Origin: a virus
Lineage: Duplodnaviria; Caudoviricetes
Reading direction: 5' to 3' (one strand)
IMG/VR virus record: IMGVR_UViG_3300027734_003164
Location: 64,001-128,000 of that record
Length of the DNA: 64,000 nt
Shown here: piece by piece, positions 1 to 8,603 of the stretch
How the letters are laid out: every line of letters begins with the position of its first letter
Position numbering within the stretch: position 1 is the stretch's first letter
Notes under the pieces: model-generated
What the model was told of the DNA's origin: nothing
The model's database searches: none
The model's input: the letters and a program-made list of their open reading frames with translations, nothing else
Program-made: the position numbers and the translations under genes

Positions 1-27
1 CTTTCATTGTAAATAAAACAATAACTT

Positions 28-369
28 TCATATATTATCTATTGTAAAAAATTTATTTAAACCAACCAAAAGAATATCTATTCTTGATAAATCATCAGTC
101 AGAATGTTTATTTTGTATGTTGATTCATTTTCAACTTTTTGGAAATAAATTAGTACTTGGTTTTTACTCCATCTAATAACTCCCTCTAAATAATAATGTT
201 TTTGGTCAAATAAGGAATTGGACCATACCACAGTACCTTTTTCCATTAAAGTTATTAATCCTTGAGAAGTTATATTTCTAGTTTTTACGGAGTTGGGTCT
301 TATACCGCTCTCAAATAAACTATTGAAAGTATCGTATACATAAGAAGGTACAAACTCTATTTTATCCAT
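28..369 (-). CDS. hypothetical protein (113 aa)
   Basis: Clean ORF; TATTTAT motif at 380-386 just upstream; no recognised motif. Confidence 0.75.
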   Translation of the reverse strand: MDKIEFVPSYVYDTFNSLFESGIRPNSVKTRNITSQGLITLMEKGTVVWSNSLFDQKHYYLEGVIRWSKNQVLIYFQKVENESTYKINILTDDLSRIDILLVGLNKFFTIDNI

Positions 370-391
370 AGTAAATAAAATAAATATATTA

Positions 392-2131
392 TTATGGAAG
401 TAAATCTTCTACAAAGTCCAAATACTGATAATCTTGATGGTATAAAATATCATTTTGCCAATTCTGTAGTTCAGGTGTTGGGTAATTCCAATGTGGAGTC
501 ATCGCAATTACTCTAGTCCCTTCGTGTTCCAAACTTTTGAATGTCGACTCTTGCTCAACAGTTTTACCATTACGATACTTTTTAACCATTTTTGGTAATT
601 TTAAAGTTCCGAGTTTGTAAAGTAAGTTAATATTTGCAAGTTGAATTTTAGCGACTTGTGAAAACTCTAACGATGGTGTTTCATTAAATCTAGCTCTTTC
701 TTGAACATTCAATATTTCATCTATTTTGTATCTATATTCCACAGTTATTCTATCGTCACCATCTGTTGAGTCTTTACGAATTGAGAATATTAAACAATCT
801 GGTCTTTCTGAATACCCTCGAACACAATTTCGTTGGTGTTGTGATTCTTTTTCATAGTCCGCAGTTTTTCTTAAAAGAACAGGATAATATGTTTCACCTT
901 CGTGTTCGATTGGTGTTTCTAAACTATCTACATCACCATAGAATCTTTCAACTTCACCTTTTCTGTACGATTGTAAAAGGCGACTGAACTCTTCATGTTC
1001 TAAATTAAAACTACTAATGTTTGTGAATTTGAATTTAACATCTTCTCCAAGATTCATTAAATTTTTTTTCATCTCTAAATGGTCAATTAAAGTTCTCCAT
1101 TTATAATGGTCAAAATATGGCATCAAATCTAAAATTCTATCTTTTTCTTTTGGAGTTAAAGGAACTAATGTTCTACTCAAGAAATATTGATTAAATTGTT
1201 CTTTATCTGAATAAAAACATTCAAAAGACCCACCCATTTGATTCATTTCCATTGGCATTGTCTCATCACCATAGTATGATTGAAATACTTTGTTTTCAAT
1301 TTTGTTAAACCTATCAATTCCCAAAAGATTATATGTTAGATACAATCTATCAAAATCAATCCATTCCATTTCATTAAAAATCTGTTTAACTTTTGACCCT
1401 TTTAAATTTAGTTTTTTCATTATTGAATCAACCAAATTCATATTTGATGATTTTAAATCTTTCTTTGGAATAAAAAAATAAGTGAATTTTTTCCAACTGT
1501 TTGGAATTTTAATTCCATTGACCAAATAATATGTTAAACTATAAAATGACTCCGGTGAATCCCACTTAAAATCCTGTGGATTTTCAATTCCTAATTTATC
1601 CCATATTTTTTCTAAAAAGAAAATAAAATGATTTTCAGGTTTTACGCTTTCATCAACATGAACACTTCTTAAAAAACTTCGAACCGCAACATAAGTTGGA
1701 TTAACTTTCATGCGAGCTCCCATTTTTTGTTTTTTCTTTGTGATAAATGTTCCTGAGTAGAACAATTTAGTTTTGAAATTAAATGAAAAATATTCTGTTG
1801 TTTTTCTTTCAACAAAAAACTTACCTCCGACTCTTCTTTGCTTTGTATATAATTGATACTTTAAGGAAATTTTATTTTCACTTTCTTCGATAAAAAATCT
1901 ATATCTTATTCTAAATACCGACGCGCAAGGGTTCCCGTAATGTTTAACAAAATCATCCTCAGAAAATAGTTGGGTGTCGGTATAAAACTTTTCTTTGTTT
2001 TTTGTAAAATGAACTGACTCATAACTGTTATTATGTTTTGAGTCAATATCACAGAAGTTTTTATAAAGTTCAACTCTGTAATTCTTTTTTTCAATAAACT
2101 TATGAAATGTTTTTCCTTCTACTTCTAACAT
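392..2131 (-). CDS. PcfJ-like domain protein
   Basis: C-terminal LLRKTADYEKESQHQRNCVRGY...IFSIR...RITVEY...QERARFNETP matches the PcfJ pattern (L..E...M/Q.HCV..Y...IFSIR...TIE...Q...N..P). Confidence 0.7.
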   Translation of the reverse strand: MLEVEGKTFHKFIEKKNYRVELYKNFCDIDSKHNNSYESVHFTKNKEKFYTDTQLFSEDDFVKHYGNPCASVFRIRYRFFIEESENKISLKYQLYTKQRRVGGKFFVERKTTEYFSFNFKTKLFYSGTFITKKKQKMGARMKVNPTYVAVRSFLRSVHVDESVKPENHFIFFLEKIWDKLGIENPQDFKWDSPESFYSLTYYLVNGIKIPNSWKKFTYFFIPKKDLKSSNMNLVDSIMKKLNLKGSKVKQIFNEMEWIDFDRLYLTYNLLGIDRFNKIENKVFQSYYGDETMPMEMNQMGGSFECFYSDKEQFNQYFLSRTLVPLTPKEKDRILDLMPYFDHYKWRTLIDHLEMKKNLMNLGEDVKFKFTNISSFNLEHEEFSRLLQSYRKGEVERFYGDVDSLETPIEHEGETYYPVLLRKTADYEKESQHQRNCVRGYSERPDCLIFSIRKDSTDGDDRITVEYRYKIDEILNVQERARFNETPSLEFSQVAKIQLANINLLYKLGTLKLPKMVKKYRNGKTVEQESTFKSLEHEGTRVIAMTPHWNYPTPELQNWQNDILYHQDYQYLDFVEDLLP

Positions 2132-2135
2132 AGTA

Positions 2136-2143
2136 CAAAGATA
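2136..2143 (-). promoter_or_regulatory. Bacteroidota-type -7 promoter element TATCTTTG
   Basis: Exact TAnnTTTG 4 nt upstream of the ATG at 2131; no clear -33 element. Confidence 0.5.
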
Positions 2144-2166
2144 AATAAATTTTGGAAATTAAAAAA

Positions 2167-2454
2167 CTAATTCAATGAAATTTTTCCCATATGGTGGTCC
2201 ATAAAATTGGAAACCACATTATTTAAGGTGTTTTTTTTAACCTTATTTTGAATTTCTAAAATCACCTGAATCATCTGATTTCTTGTTGGTGCTATTTCTT
2301 TTTCTTCTTTTTGGTTTTTTTCGGCAATTTCTCTAATTTTTTGATAAAACTTTGAGCCGTCATTGTCACCAATTAATAGCTTGAGTTGGTCAGGGTTTTG
2401 TGTAAAAAACTTGACAAGGGTTGTCATGTAAATTTCTATATCGACATTATTCAT
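2167..2454 (-). CDS. hypothetical protein (95 aa)
   Basis: ORF fills the gap in the minus-strand gene run. Confidence 0.75.
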   Translation of the reverse strand: MNNVDIEIYMTTLVKFFTQNPDQLKLLIGDNDGSKFYQKIREIAEKNQKEEKEIAPTRNQMIQVILEIQNKVKKNTLNNVVSNFMDHHMGKISLN

Positions 2455-2493
2455 ATGACAAATTTAATAAAAATAATTTATTCAGTAAAATTA

Positions 2494-3858
2494 TTAAAGA
2501 AAAATATGTAAGTCAGATTCTTCAGGTAAATCTTTTAAGTCTTCAGGTAATGCGTTTGAATTACTATTTTTTAAATTAATAATAGACAACTTAGGAAGGT
2601 CTTTGATACAGTCTGGTAATCTCTGTAAATTAGGATTGTCAGGTAGTGATAAAAACTGTAACTTATTTAAATTACATACCGATGGTGGTATTGTGGCAAC
2701 ACAACCAACAAAGTGAATTGCTGTTAAATCTGTAAAATTACCAATTGTATCAGGTATATTTAAATCCAATTTTGAACTTTTAGCAATAAACTCAAGTCTT
2801 GTTATGTTTTTAGGTAATGTTGTGAAAAATTCATCAAACCCATAAAGTGCAATAAATTTAGATGCTGAATCACTTGGATATTGTACAGAAACTTTTGTTC
2901 CTCCTGCAGTAGATAAACCTTTCATAAACTCAAATTTAAAGTATTCTTTCAAACCTTCTTCATTAGTATTTAAAAAGTCAACTAAATCAATTTGTCTATC
3001 TGCTGGGTCCATAAATTGATTAGATGGGAAGTGGAATTGGTACCTATACGCCGGAAGTCCAGAAACTTCACCATATTCTTTATCGGCGGTATACTTCATT
3101 CCTGAATTTGGTATAACCACATATAAAGGTCCATCCTTGATGTATCTATCAAACCAAGTAAGACCTGGTGATGATGTACACCATCTTGTTTCACCTTTAC
3201 CAGGTTCTTGATATGAACCTCCGTAGAAACATGCGGCATCTTTACCTAATTTACCGGTGTCTGAAATTCTTGCAACTGTCCAATTTTGACCTCTATAAAC
3301 AATATCAGCTCCAGGGTGAGCGTAAGTTTTAGAAGCTTCTTTCTTTTCAGTCGCACTTGCTTTAGTTTTTTCTAAACTAAAATCTTTAACATAATCATAT
3401 AATGTCTCAGGTGTTAATTTATTAATATCTCTTGCTTCTTGAGGTAGTCTATTTTTAAATCTTTCAAACTTTTGTAAGTCTCCAGTTACTTTATACAAGT
3501 CTTCTAAGAATAAATCTTGGTATTGTTTAAGTGCTGATTTATATTGTCCTGATTGTGGGTCAGAAACCATTAGTGGGTGGTCTGATGGTAATTTAGGTGT
3601 CACAAAGTTTTTCAACAACCACTGAGCGTACTTACCAATTTTTACCTTTTCCATATCTTCAGGTTTCACTGAATCAATATCCATACCTTCAGGAACTCTT
3701 GTTGTTGGGTCGGCAGCAATTAATGCAAATAAAGTTTCAAAAGGCATAATACCTTTTTGCCCCCTTTCTTTTGGTTTAACAAATTTGTCAAATAAAACTT
3801 GAAATCTTGAACTTTCAACTATTATGTCTCGTAATATATTAGTAAATCTAATCGCCAT
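2494..3858 (-). CDS. leucine-rich-repeat protein with N-terminal phage 'WCT' domain
   Basis: C-terminal LRRs (IPDTIGNFTDLTAIHF, IPPSVCNLNKLQFLSL, LPDCIKDLPKLSIINL, LPEDLKDL); central AACFYGG...TRWCTS...WFDRY segment. Confidence 0.75.
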   Translation of the reverse strand: MAIRFTNILRDIIVESSRFQVLFDKFVKPKERGQKGIMPFETLFALIAADPTTRVPEGMDIDSVKPEDMEKVKIGKYAQWLLKNFVTPKLPSDHPLMVSDPQSGQYKSALKQYQDLFLEDLYKVTGDLQKFERFKNRLPQEARDINKLTPETLYDYVKDFSLEKTKASATEKKEASKTYAHPGADIVYRGQNWTVARISDTGKLGKDAACFYGGSYQEPGKGETRWCTSSPGLTWFDRYIKDGPLYVVIPNSGMKYTADKEYGEVSGLPAYRYQFHFPSNQFMDPADRQIDLVDFLNTNEEGLKEYFKFEFMKGLSTAGGTKVSVQYPSDSASKFIALYGFDEFFTTLPKNITRLEFIAKSSKLDLNIPDTIGNFTDLTAIHFVGCVATIPPSVCNLNKLQFLSLPDNPNLQRLPDCIKDLPKLSIINLKNSNSNALPEDLKDLPEESDLHIFL

Positions 3859-3906
3859 CTTTTTAATTTTATATATAAATATTGCAAATTTTAAAAAAAA
3901 TAAAAC

Positions 3907-4746
3907 TTAGTAGTTCATAATGAGTAATTCTTCACCCATATTTTGTTTTTCTCCTTTCTTGGCGGCGGCAGCTTTTGCAAACTCTTTTTTAACCCAATTG
4001 TATTGGTCTTCAGGAAACCACTGATGTAATAAGTCAAAATCGTAATATGATAATGAAAATTTACCCTGAACATTATGTAAAACATTTGCCAATCTTTCGT
4101 GGTCTTGTCTATCAAAATCATGATTAGAGTAGTAATTCTCAGTTTTCCAATAAGGTGGGTCCAAATAGATGTAAGTGGATGGTGAGTCGTATTTATTAAT
4201 AACGTCAGCAAAATCCATATTTTCTACATCTGTAATCTTTAAAAAATGGTCTACCCAATCAGGTTTTGATAACTTATCTCTAAAGGTAAGATATTTTGAT
4301 TTATACTTCCCTTTAAGGTCAATAAAGTTAGATGTTTCAGGTTTTGACCCACTAAATACTTGTGTTAGAATATAAACGTATTTGGCTGCAACCTCGTAAT
4401 CGCCAGGTTCTACGCTGAAACCTTCATTAAAAACTTCAGCCTGAAAGCTTACAAATTGATTTCTATAAATCTCAGGAGTGATGTCCACACCTTGTTTTTG
4501 ACAATCAATAGAGTTAATTGCTCGTAACAATTCAGTTGGGTTTTGAACACACTTGAATAGATTATAGTTCAGTGGATTAAAATCATTATAAACCACTTTT
4601 TTAAGATTCGGGAACTGTTTTAGGTCCATATTATAGAAACACCAAAACATTCCTCCAAAAGTCTCTAAATAGACCTCCATATTTTTATCGTAGAAAGGGA
4701 CTATCCACTTTCCAATTTTACTCTTACCGCCAATGTATGAAACCAA
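3907..4746 (-). CDS. DNA adenine methyltransferase, Dam/D12 class
   Basis: N-terminal SYIGGKSK, motif I ETFGG, YNDFNP, catalytic YLDPPY, FSLSY near the C-terminus. Confidence 0.9.
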   Translation of the reverse strand: MVSYIGGKSKIGKWIVPFYDKNMEVYLETFGGMFWCFYNMDLKQFPNLKKVVYNDFNPLNYNLFKCVQNPTELLRAINSIDCQKQGVDITPEIYRNQFVSFQAEVFNEGFSVEPGDYEVAAKYVYILTQVFSGSKPETSNFIDLKGKYKSKYLTFRDKLSKPDWVDHFLKITDVENMDFADVINKYDSPSTYIYLDPPYWKTENYYSNHDFDRQDHERLANVLHNVQGKFSLSYYDFDLLHQWFPEDQYNWVKKEFAKAAAAKKGEKQNMGEELLIMNY

Positions 4747-4751
4747 AACTA

Positions 4752-5435
4752 TTATTTTTTTCTATATTTATTTTTACTACTAATTATATTAATAACCTCA
4801 TCAAAGATAATCTTTTTTCTATTTAAAAACAAGTCCGTTTCAGAATAAAACCCATTGTAAATCTTTTCAATATCTGACATACCTGCCCACCCAACAAATT
4901 TATATTCTTTATTTTTTGGTCCGTAAAGTTTATTAACATTAACTCCAAATAATTTACCCATCCTTTCATTTAAAGTATTTATGAAATTAACTGACCCACC
5001 AACAATTCTCAAGTCCCCTCGTTTAGAATTATCTTTTTTGTCTTCATTTATTCTAATACACCCATCACCATCAAAATATCCTCGTAAAAAATGTCTTTCA
5101 AGATTTTCATCAATTTTAGGGTAACTTATTGTATAAGTTTTGTTTGGGTGTAATCCAATCTTTTTTAAGTCATTTATCATTTTCTTACTTGAAAACCCGA
5201 TTTCAGAAATTTCTCTATGATTACTTCTCCATATTTCAACTTCACTATCTAATAAGGATATAAACTTTTTTAATATATCTTCATCTTTATTATGAATTTT
5301 AATATTTAATTTATATCTATATTCTTTTGGATTGTCAATTAAACATCCATCAGCATAGATAAAACCAAGAAAATAAGCCTTATCTGGAGTATCAATCGTC
5401 TTAAAATAATCTTCATTAAATTTTTTTCTTATCAT
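4752..5435 (-). CDS. free-standing LAGLIDADG homing endonuclease
   Basis: Two LAGLIDADG-like helices: FLGFIYADGC and FLRGYFDGDGCI. Confidence 0.9.
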   Translation of the reverse strand: MIRKKFNEDYFKTIDTPDKAYFLGFIYADGCLIDNPKEYRYKLNIKIHNKDEDILKKFISLLDSEVEIWRSNHREISEIGFSSKKMINDLKKIGLHPNKTYTISYPKIDENLERHFLRGYFDGDGCIRINEDKKDNSKRGDLRIVGGSVNFINTLNERMGKLFGVNVNKLYGPKNKEYKFVGWAGMSDIEKIYNGFYSETDLFLNRKKIIFDEVINIISSKNKYRKK

Positions 5436-5580
5436 AATATTCCTTTACTAAATCTTGAATGAATTTAGATATACTAATATTTTCATTTTTCATTTTATCA
5501 AACAAAAATCTATCTATACTAATACCGTATTTAACTTTTTTGTTTTCTTCATTTTTTTTTGGTCTTCCAAGTTTACTCAT
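5416..5580 (-). CDS. small ribbon-helix-helix-like DNA-binding protein (54 aa, not in ORF track)
   Basis: Hand translation MSKLGRPKKNEENKKVKYGISIDRFLFDKMKNENISISKFIQDLVKEYYDKKKI; GRP hook, alternating beta strand, then two helices; overlaps LAGLIDADG start. Confidence 0.65.
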   Translation of the reverse strand: MSKLGRPKKNEENKKVKYGISIDRFLFDKMKNENISISKFIQDLVKEYYDKKKI

Positions 5581-5674
5581 ATATTATAAATATCAATATT
5601 ATAATAAAAGTGCGTTAATAAATAAAAATAATTTTGATATTTATTTTCAAATGATTAATACATAAATTATAGGT

Positions 5675-5830
5675 ATGAAAAAAGAAAAAGCAACAGAAGT
5701 GGAGTGTAGTATTTGTAAAAAGGGTATGTCCAACTCTCAAATTTGGATTACTATTTTGGCGGTTTACATGTTAATCGCGGCGGTCTACGGAACAATAGAA
5801 ATCGTTAAAAATATAATGTCTTTATTTTAA
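5675..5830 (+). CDS. small CxxC + transmembrane protein (51 aa, not in ORF track)
   Basis: Hand translation MKKEKATEVECSICKKGMSNSQIWITILAVYMLIAAVYGTIEIVKNIMSLF; plus-strand TATTTAT at 5638-5644 upstream. Confidence 0.6.
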   Translation: MKKEKATEVECSICKKGMSNSQIWITILAVYMLIAAVYGTIEIVKNIMSLF

Positions 5831-6784
5831 TATATTATTAATTTGTTCTCTTTGTTCGTTAGTTAAAGTCAGATTATTCTGTATGCTTATTTTTATGTAA
5901 AAATTACCAACAGCACCATCAACTTTATATCCTTTTTTGAAAAGTCTTAATGGTTTTTCAGTATCAAATCCTTCAGGTAGATTTATTTTTATATTACCAT
6001 CAGGGTGAGGTATTTCAACTTGGTCGTTTATTAATAAGTCTTTGAAATTTAATTTTAGATAATAAATCAAATCATTTCCTGATTTTTCAAAATTGTTGTG
6101 TTTCATACACAAAACTTTTAAAATTAAATCGCCCCTACCATATTTAGGTATTTCATCCCCCATACCTCTCATTCTCATAAAGTCACCATTATCTACATTG
6201 TTTGGTATTTGTACATTAAACTTGCTGTGGTTAGAAATAACCCCATTACCATAACAAACCCCACACGCGTCAATTAAATGTTCACCAGTCCCTTTACATT
6301 CGAAACAATTTGATTGCATTTGTGTTTTGAAAAATCCCGTACCAACTGTTTGTATAATAAACCCTCTACCTGCACATCTTGTGCATGTTTTTTTAGTTCC
6401 ACCAGTTCCCGTGCAACTTTCACAAGATTTATTTGTGTCAACTTCGATTGTTTTTTCCACACCTTTATAGGATTCTTCAGGGGTAACTACTATTTCAATA
6501 ATTTTGTCAGCCGGTTTAGGTTGTCTTTGTGAATGTCCCATCATTTCCTCAAAAATTGACCCGAACCCACCATTTCCAAATGGGTTTCTACGTTTCATGT
6601 CGTAATCACTTCTTTTATTGTCGTCCTTTAAAATATCATAAGCTTCAGAGATTTCTTTAAATTTTTCTTCACCGTTTGGGTTTACATCTGGATGGTATTG
6701 CTTACTTAGTTTTTTATATGTTTTTTTTATATCATCTTGTGTTGCATTTTCACTTACACCTAATATTTCGTAATAGTTTTTCAT
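5822..6784 (-). CDS. dnaJ: DnaJ (Hsp40) chaperone
   Basis: J domain with NYYEILGV...YHPD, four CxxCxGxG zinc repeats, C-terminal peptide-binding domain (GDLIL, IEIPHPDG). Confidence 0.93.
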   Translation of the reverse strand: MKNYYEILGVSENATQDDIKKTYKKLSKQYHPDVNPNGEEKFKEISEAYDILKDDNKRSDYDMKRRNPFGNGGFGSIFEEMMGHSQRQPKPADKIIEIVVTPEESYKGVEKTIEVDTNKSCESCTGTGGTKKTCTRCAGRGFIIQTVGTGFFKTQMQSNCFECKGTGEHLIDACGVCYGNGVISNHSKFNVQIPNNVDNGDFMRMRGMGDEIPKYGRGDLILKVLCMKHNNFEKSGNDLIYYLKLNFKDLLINDQVEIPHPDGNIKINLPEGFDTEKPLRLFKKGYKVDGAVGNFYIKISIQNNLTLTNEQREQINNILK

Positions 6785-6785
6785 A

Positions 6786-7427
6786 ATGTCAAATTATATA
6801 ATAGTTCTTTTTAAGAATAGGAAAAAAAGAAAAATTATCAAACGTTATTCTACAGAAAAAAACGCCATGTCTTTTTTTAAAAAACTTGTAAAACAAAATA
6901 AAGAAATAGTTTTTGATAAGAAAATAGAAAATGCAACACCAGTCGATTACCACATTGGTTTACTAACAAATCAATCCAATGTTCAAAATACTTTACATTT
7001 TGTTGATGATTTGGGTAGAAATCATGTTGCAAACTTACAGGATAAGGATTACGTTTTTATTGATATTGAAAAATACAATGTGGAAGAAAAGATATATGAT
7101 TATCAACTTAAAGACAAAATTAGTTTTTCAGATTTTTTAAAGGAGTACTGTAGTAATAATGAGTTGAAAAACATCTTTTCATTAAACAACAAAATATGTA
7201 TACAGATAAATGAAACTATAAGTCTATTTTCATTGAAAGACATTGATGAGTCTTTTAGGTTTTTAAATATTTTAGAAAAACACTTTTATGAAAATTCAAG
7301 GATGGATGCTATTATTGTTAGGGATGTATCAAACGCACAAAGAAAATGGATTTACAGCGTTTTAGAAGAGATGGGTTTTGATAAGAAAAATTTATACAGA
7401 CAAAAAACTACTTTCTCAAAAAGGTAA
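6786..7427 (+). CDS. hypothetical protein (213 aa)
   Basis: Long plus-strand ORF with phage-like composition in an otherwise empty gap. Confidence 0.75.
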   Translation: MSNYIIVLFKNRKKRKIIKRYSTEKNAMSFFKKLVKQNKEIVFDKKIENATPVDYHIGLLTNQSNVQNTLHFVDDLGRNHVANLQDKDYVFIDIEKYNVEEKIYDYQLKDKISFSDFLKEYCSNNELKNIFSLNNKICIQINETISLFSLKDIDESFRFLNILEKHFYENSRMDAIIVRDVSNAQRKWIYSVLEEMGFDKKNLYRQKTTFSKR

Positions 7428-7629
7428 ATTCAACGTTTGAAATTTGTATCGTGCATTTTTTTTCATTTTGATTCAACATCAGATGTTGTAATAGATTAGA
7501 AAAGGTGCCTTCATCCAAAGACACCTTTAATTCAACTTTTTCATTTTTGATAAATGAACTTTCAAGTAAATCTGAAATTTGAGCCAGTTTTTCTAAATCA
7601 CCCCTAAAACTCTCTTGATTCTCTGCCAT
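7408..7629 (-). CDS. hypothetical protein (73 aa)
   Basis: ORF in minus-strand run. Confidence 0.65.
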   Translation of the reverse strand: MAENQESFRGDLEKLAQISDLLESSFIKNEKVELKVSLDEGTFSNLLQHLMLNQNEKKCTIQISNVEFTFLRK

Positions 7630-7805
7630 AAATTCATTTTTTCTTCTTCAAATATTGTATTTCTTATATCTGAAGGTTTAAACATTTTTATTTCAGAAGA
7701 AAACTTTTTTTTCTCTTCTTCGTTAATCTTGTTTGATTTTTTTACTTCCTCCTTCAAGGATTCCATTTCCCTCAGAAGCGGGTGTAAGTTTTTGTTTGGC
7801 TCCAT
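7593..7805 (-). CDS. hypothetical protein (70 aa)
   Basis: ORF in minus-strand run; coiled-coil, ends LWQRIKRVLGVI. Confidence 0.6.
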   Translation of the reverse strand: MEPNKNLHPLLREMESLKEEVKKSNKINEEEKKKFSSEIKMFKPSDIRNTIFEEEKMNLWQRIKRVLGVI

Positions 7806-8187
7806 TAGTATTTAAACTTGTTAATTCATTTGTGTCAAACTTTAATGTTCTTAAAGTATCTATATCCCCATTTTCAAATATACCTTTCAATTCTGAAACT
7901 TTCAACTTAAATAGTCTTTCTTTTTCTTCTCTTTCTAAATTAGTTGATATTACAGCATCGATTGTTTTTTCAACAATATCAATTAACGGTGGATTATTTT
8001 CACAAACAAAAGATGTGATAGTTCTACTATCATTATTTTGATTTTGTAATATTTCAATTCCTTCAGGAGCTCTTTTAAGAGTCGACCATGTCGATGGGAA
8101 AATCATATCAAAAGTTACATAATTTTTTAAAATTCTAACAGAGTTAAGATAAGTTGACGTTTTGTTAATAAATTCACTATAAACCAT
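7723..8187 (-). CDS. hypothetical protein (154 aa)
   Basis: ORF start overlaps the stop of the upstream gene. Confidence 0.7.
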   Translation of the reverse strand: MVYSEFINKTSTYLNSVRILKNYVTFDMIFPSTWSTLKRAPEGIEILQNQNNDSRTITSFVCENNPPLIDIVEKTIDAVISTNLEREEKERLFKLKVSELKGIFENGDIDTLRTLKFDTNELTSLNTNGAKQKLTPASEGNGILEGGSKKIKQD

Positions 8188-8369
8188 TATACCATAATTA
8201 AATAAGTTAATACATATGATATTGCAATACCATAATATAGTTGTTCATATTTTTCAAATTCATAAGGTGCTGGTGGATTTGAATATACTGACCTTACGAA
8301 ACTAAATATAAACTTTGTTAGTAATAATATAGAGAAAATAAAACAAAAAAGTAATAGATAATTAATCAT
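8187..8369 (-). CDS. small two-TM membrane protein
   Basis: Two hydrophobic segments; coupled overlaps with neighbours. Confidence 0.65.
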   Translation of the reverse strand: MINYLLLFCFIFSILLLTKFIFSFVRSVYSNPPAPYEFEKYEQLYYGIAISYVLTYLIMV

Positions 8370-8544
8370 TTTTTTCTTCTTTACTGTGGTTCAAAATTTC
8401 AGTTCTTAACTGTTGTGTTAAACTTTTTAATTGTTGGCAAGTTTTTCTAGCTCTAGTACCTGCAGACTTATTACCGCCATAAAATTTTGTTGTATCAACT
8501 GAAAGTTCTTCAATTAATGTTTTGATTTGTTCTAAAGTTTCCAT
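8362..8544 (-). CDS. histone H1-like protein, Hc1 family
   Basis: KFYGGNKSAGTRARKTCQQLKSLTQQLR matches the Hc1 signature GNKAAGTRARK. Confidence 0.8.
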   Translation of the reverse strand: METLEQIKTLIEELSVDTTKFYGGNKSAGTRARKTCQQLKSLTQQLRTEILNHSKEEKND

Positions 8545-8603
8545 TTAAAAATTTTTATACATTTATTTTTTTTAATTTAAATACGTGGTTTGTAATGTAA
8601 AGA

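Noticed and set aside
3907-4746. This methylase as the cognate M.EcoRI
   Set aside because: Motif layout is Dam/D12 class, it lies ~13 kb away, and no GAATTC sites were seen that would need protecting.
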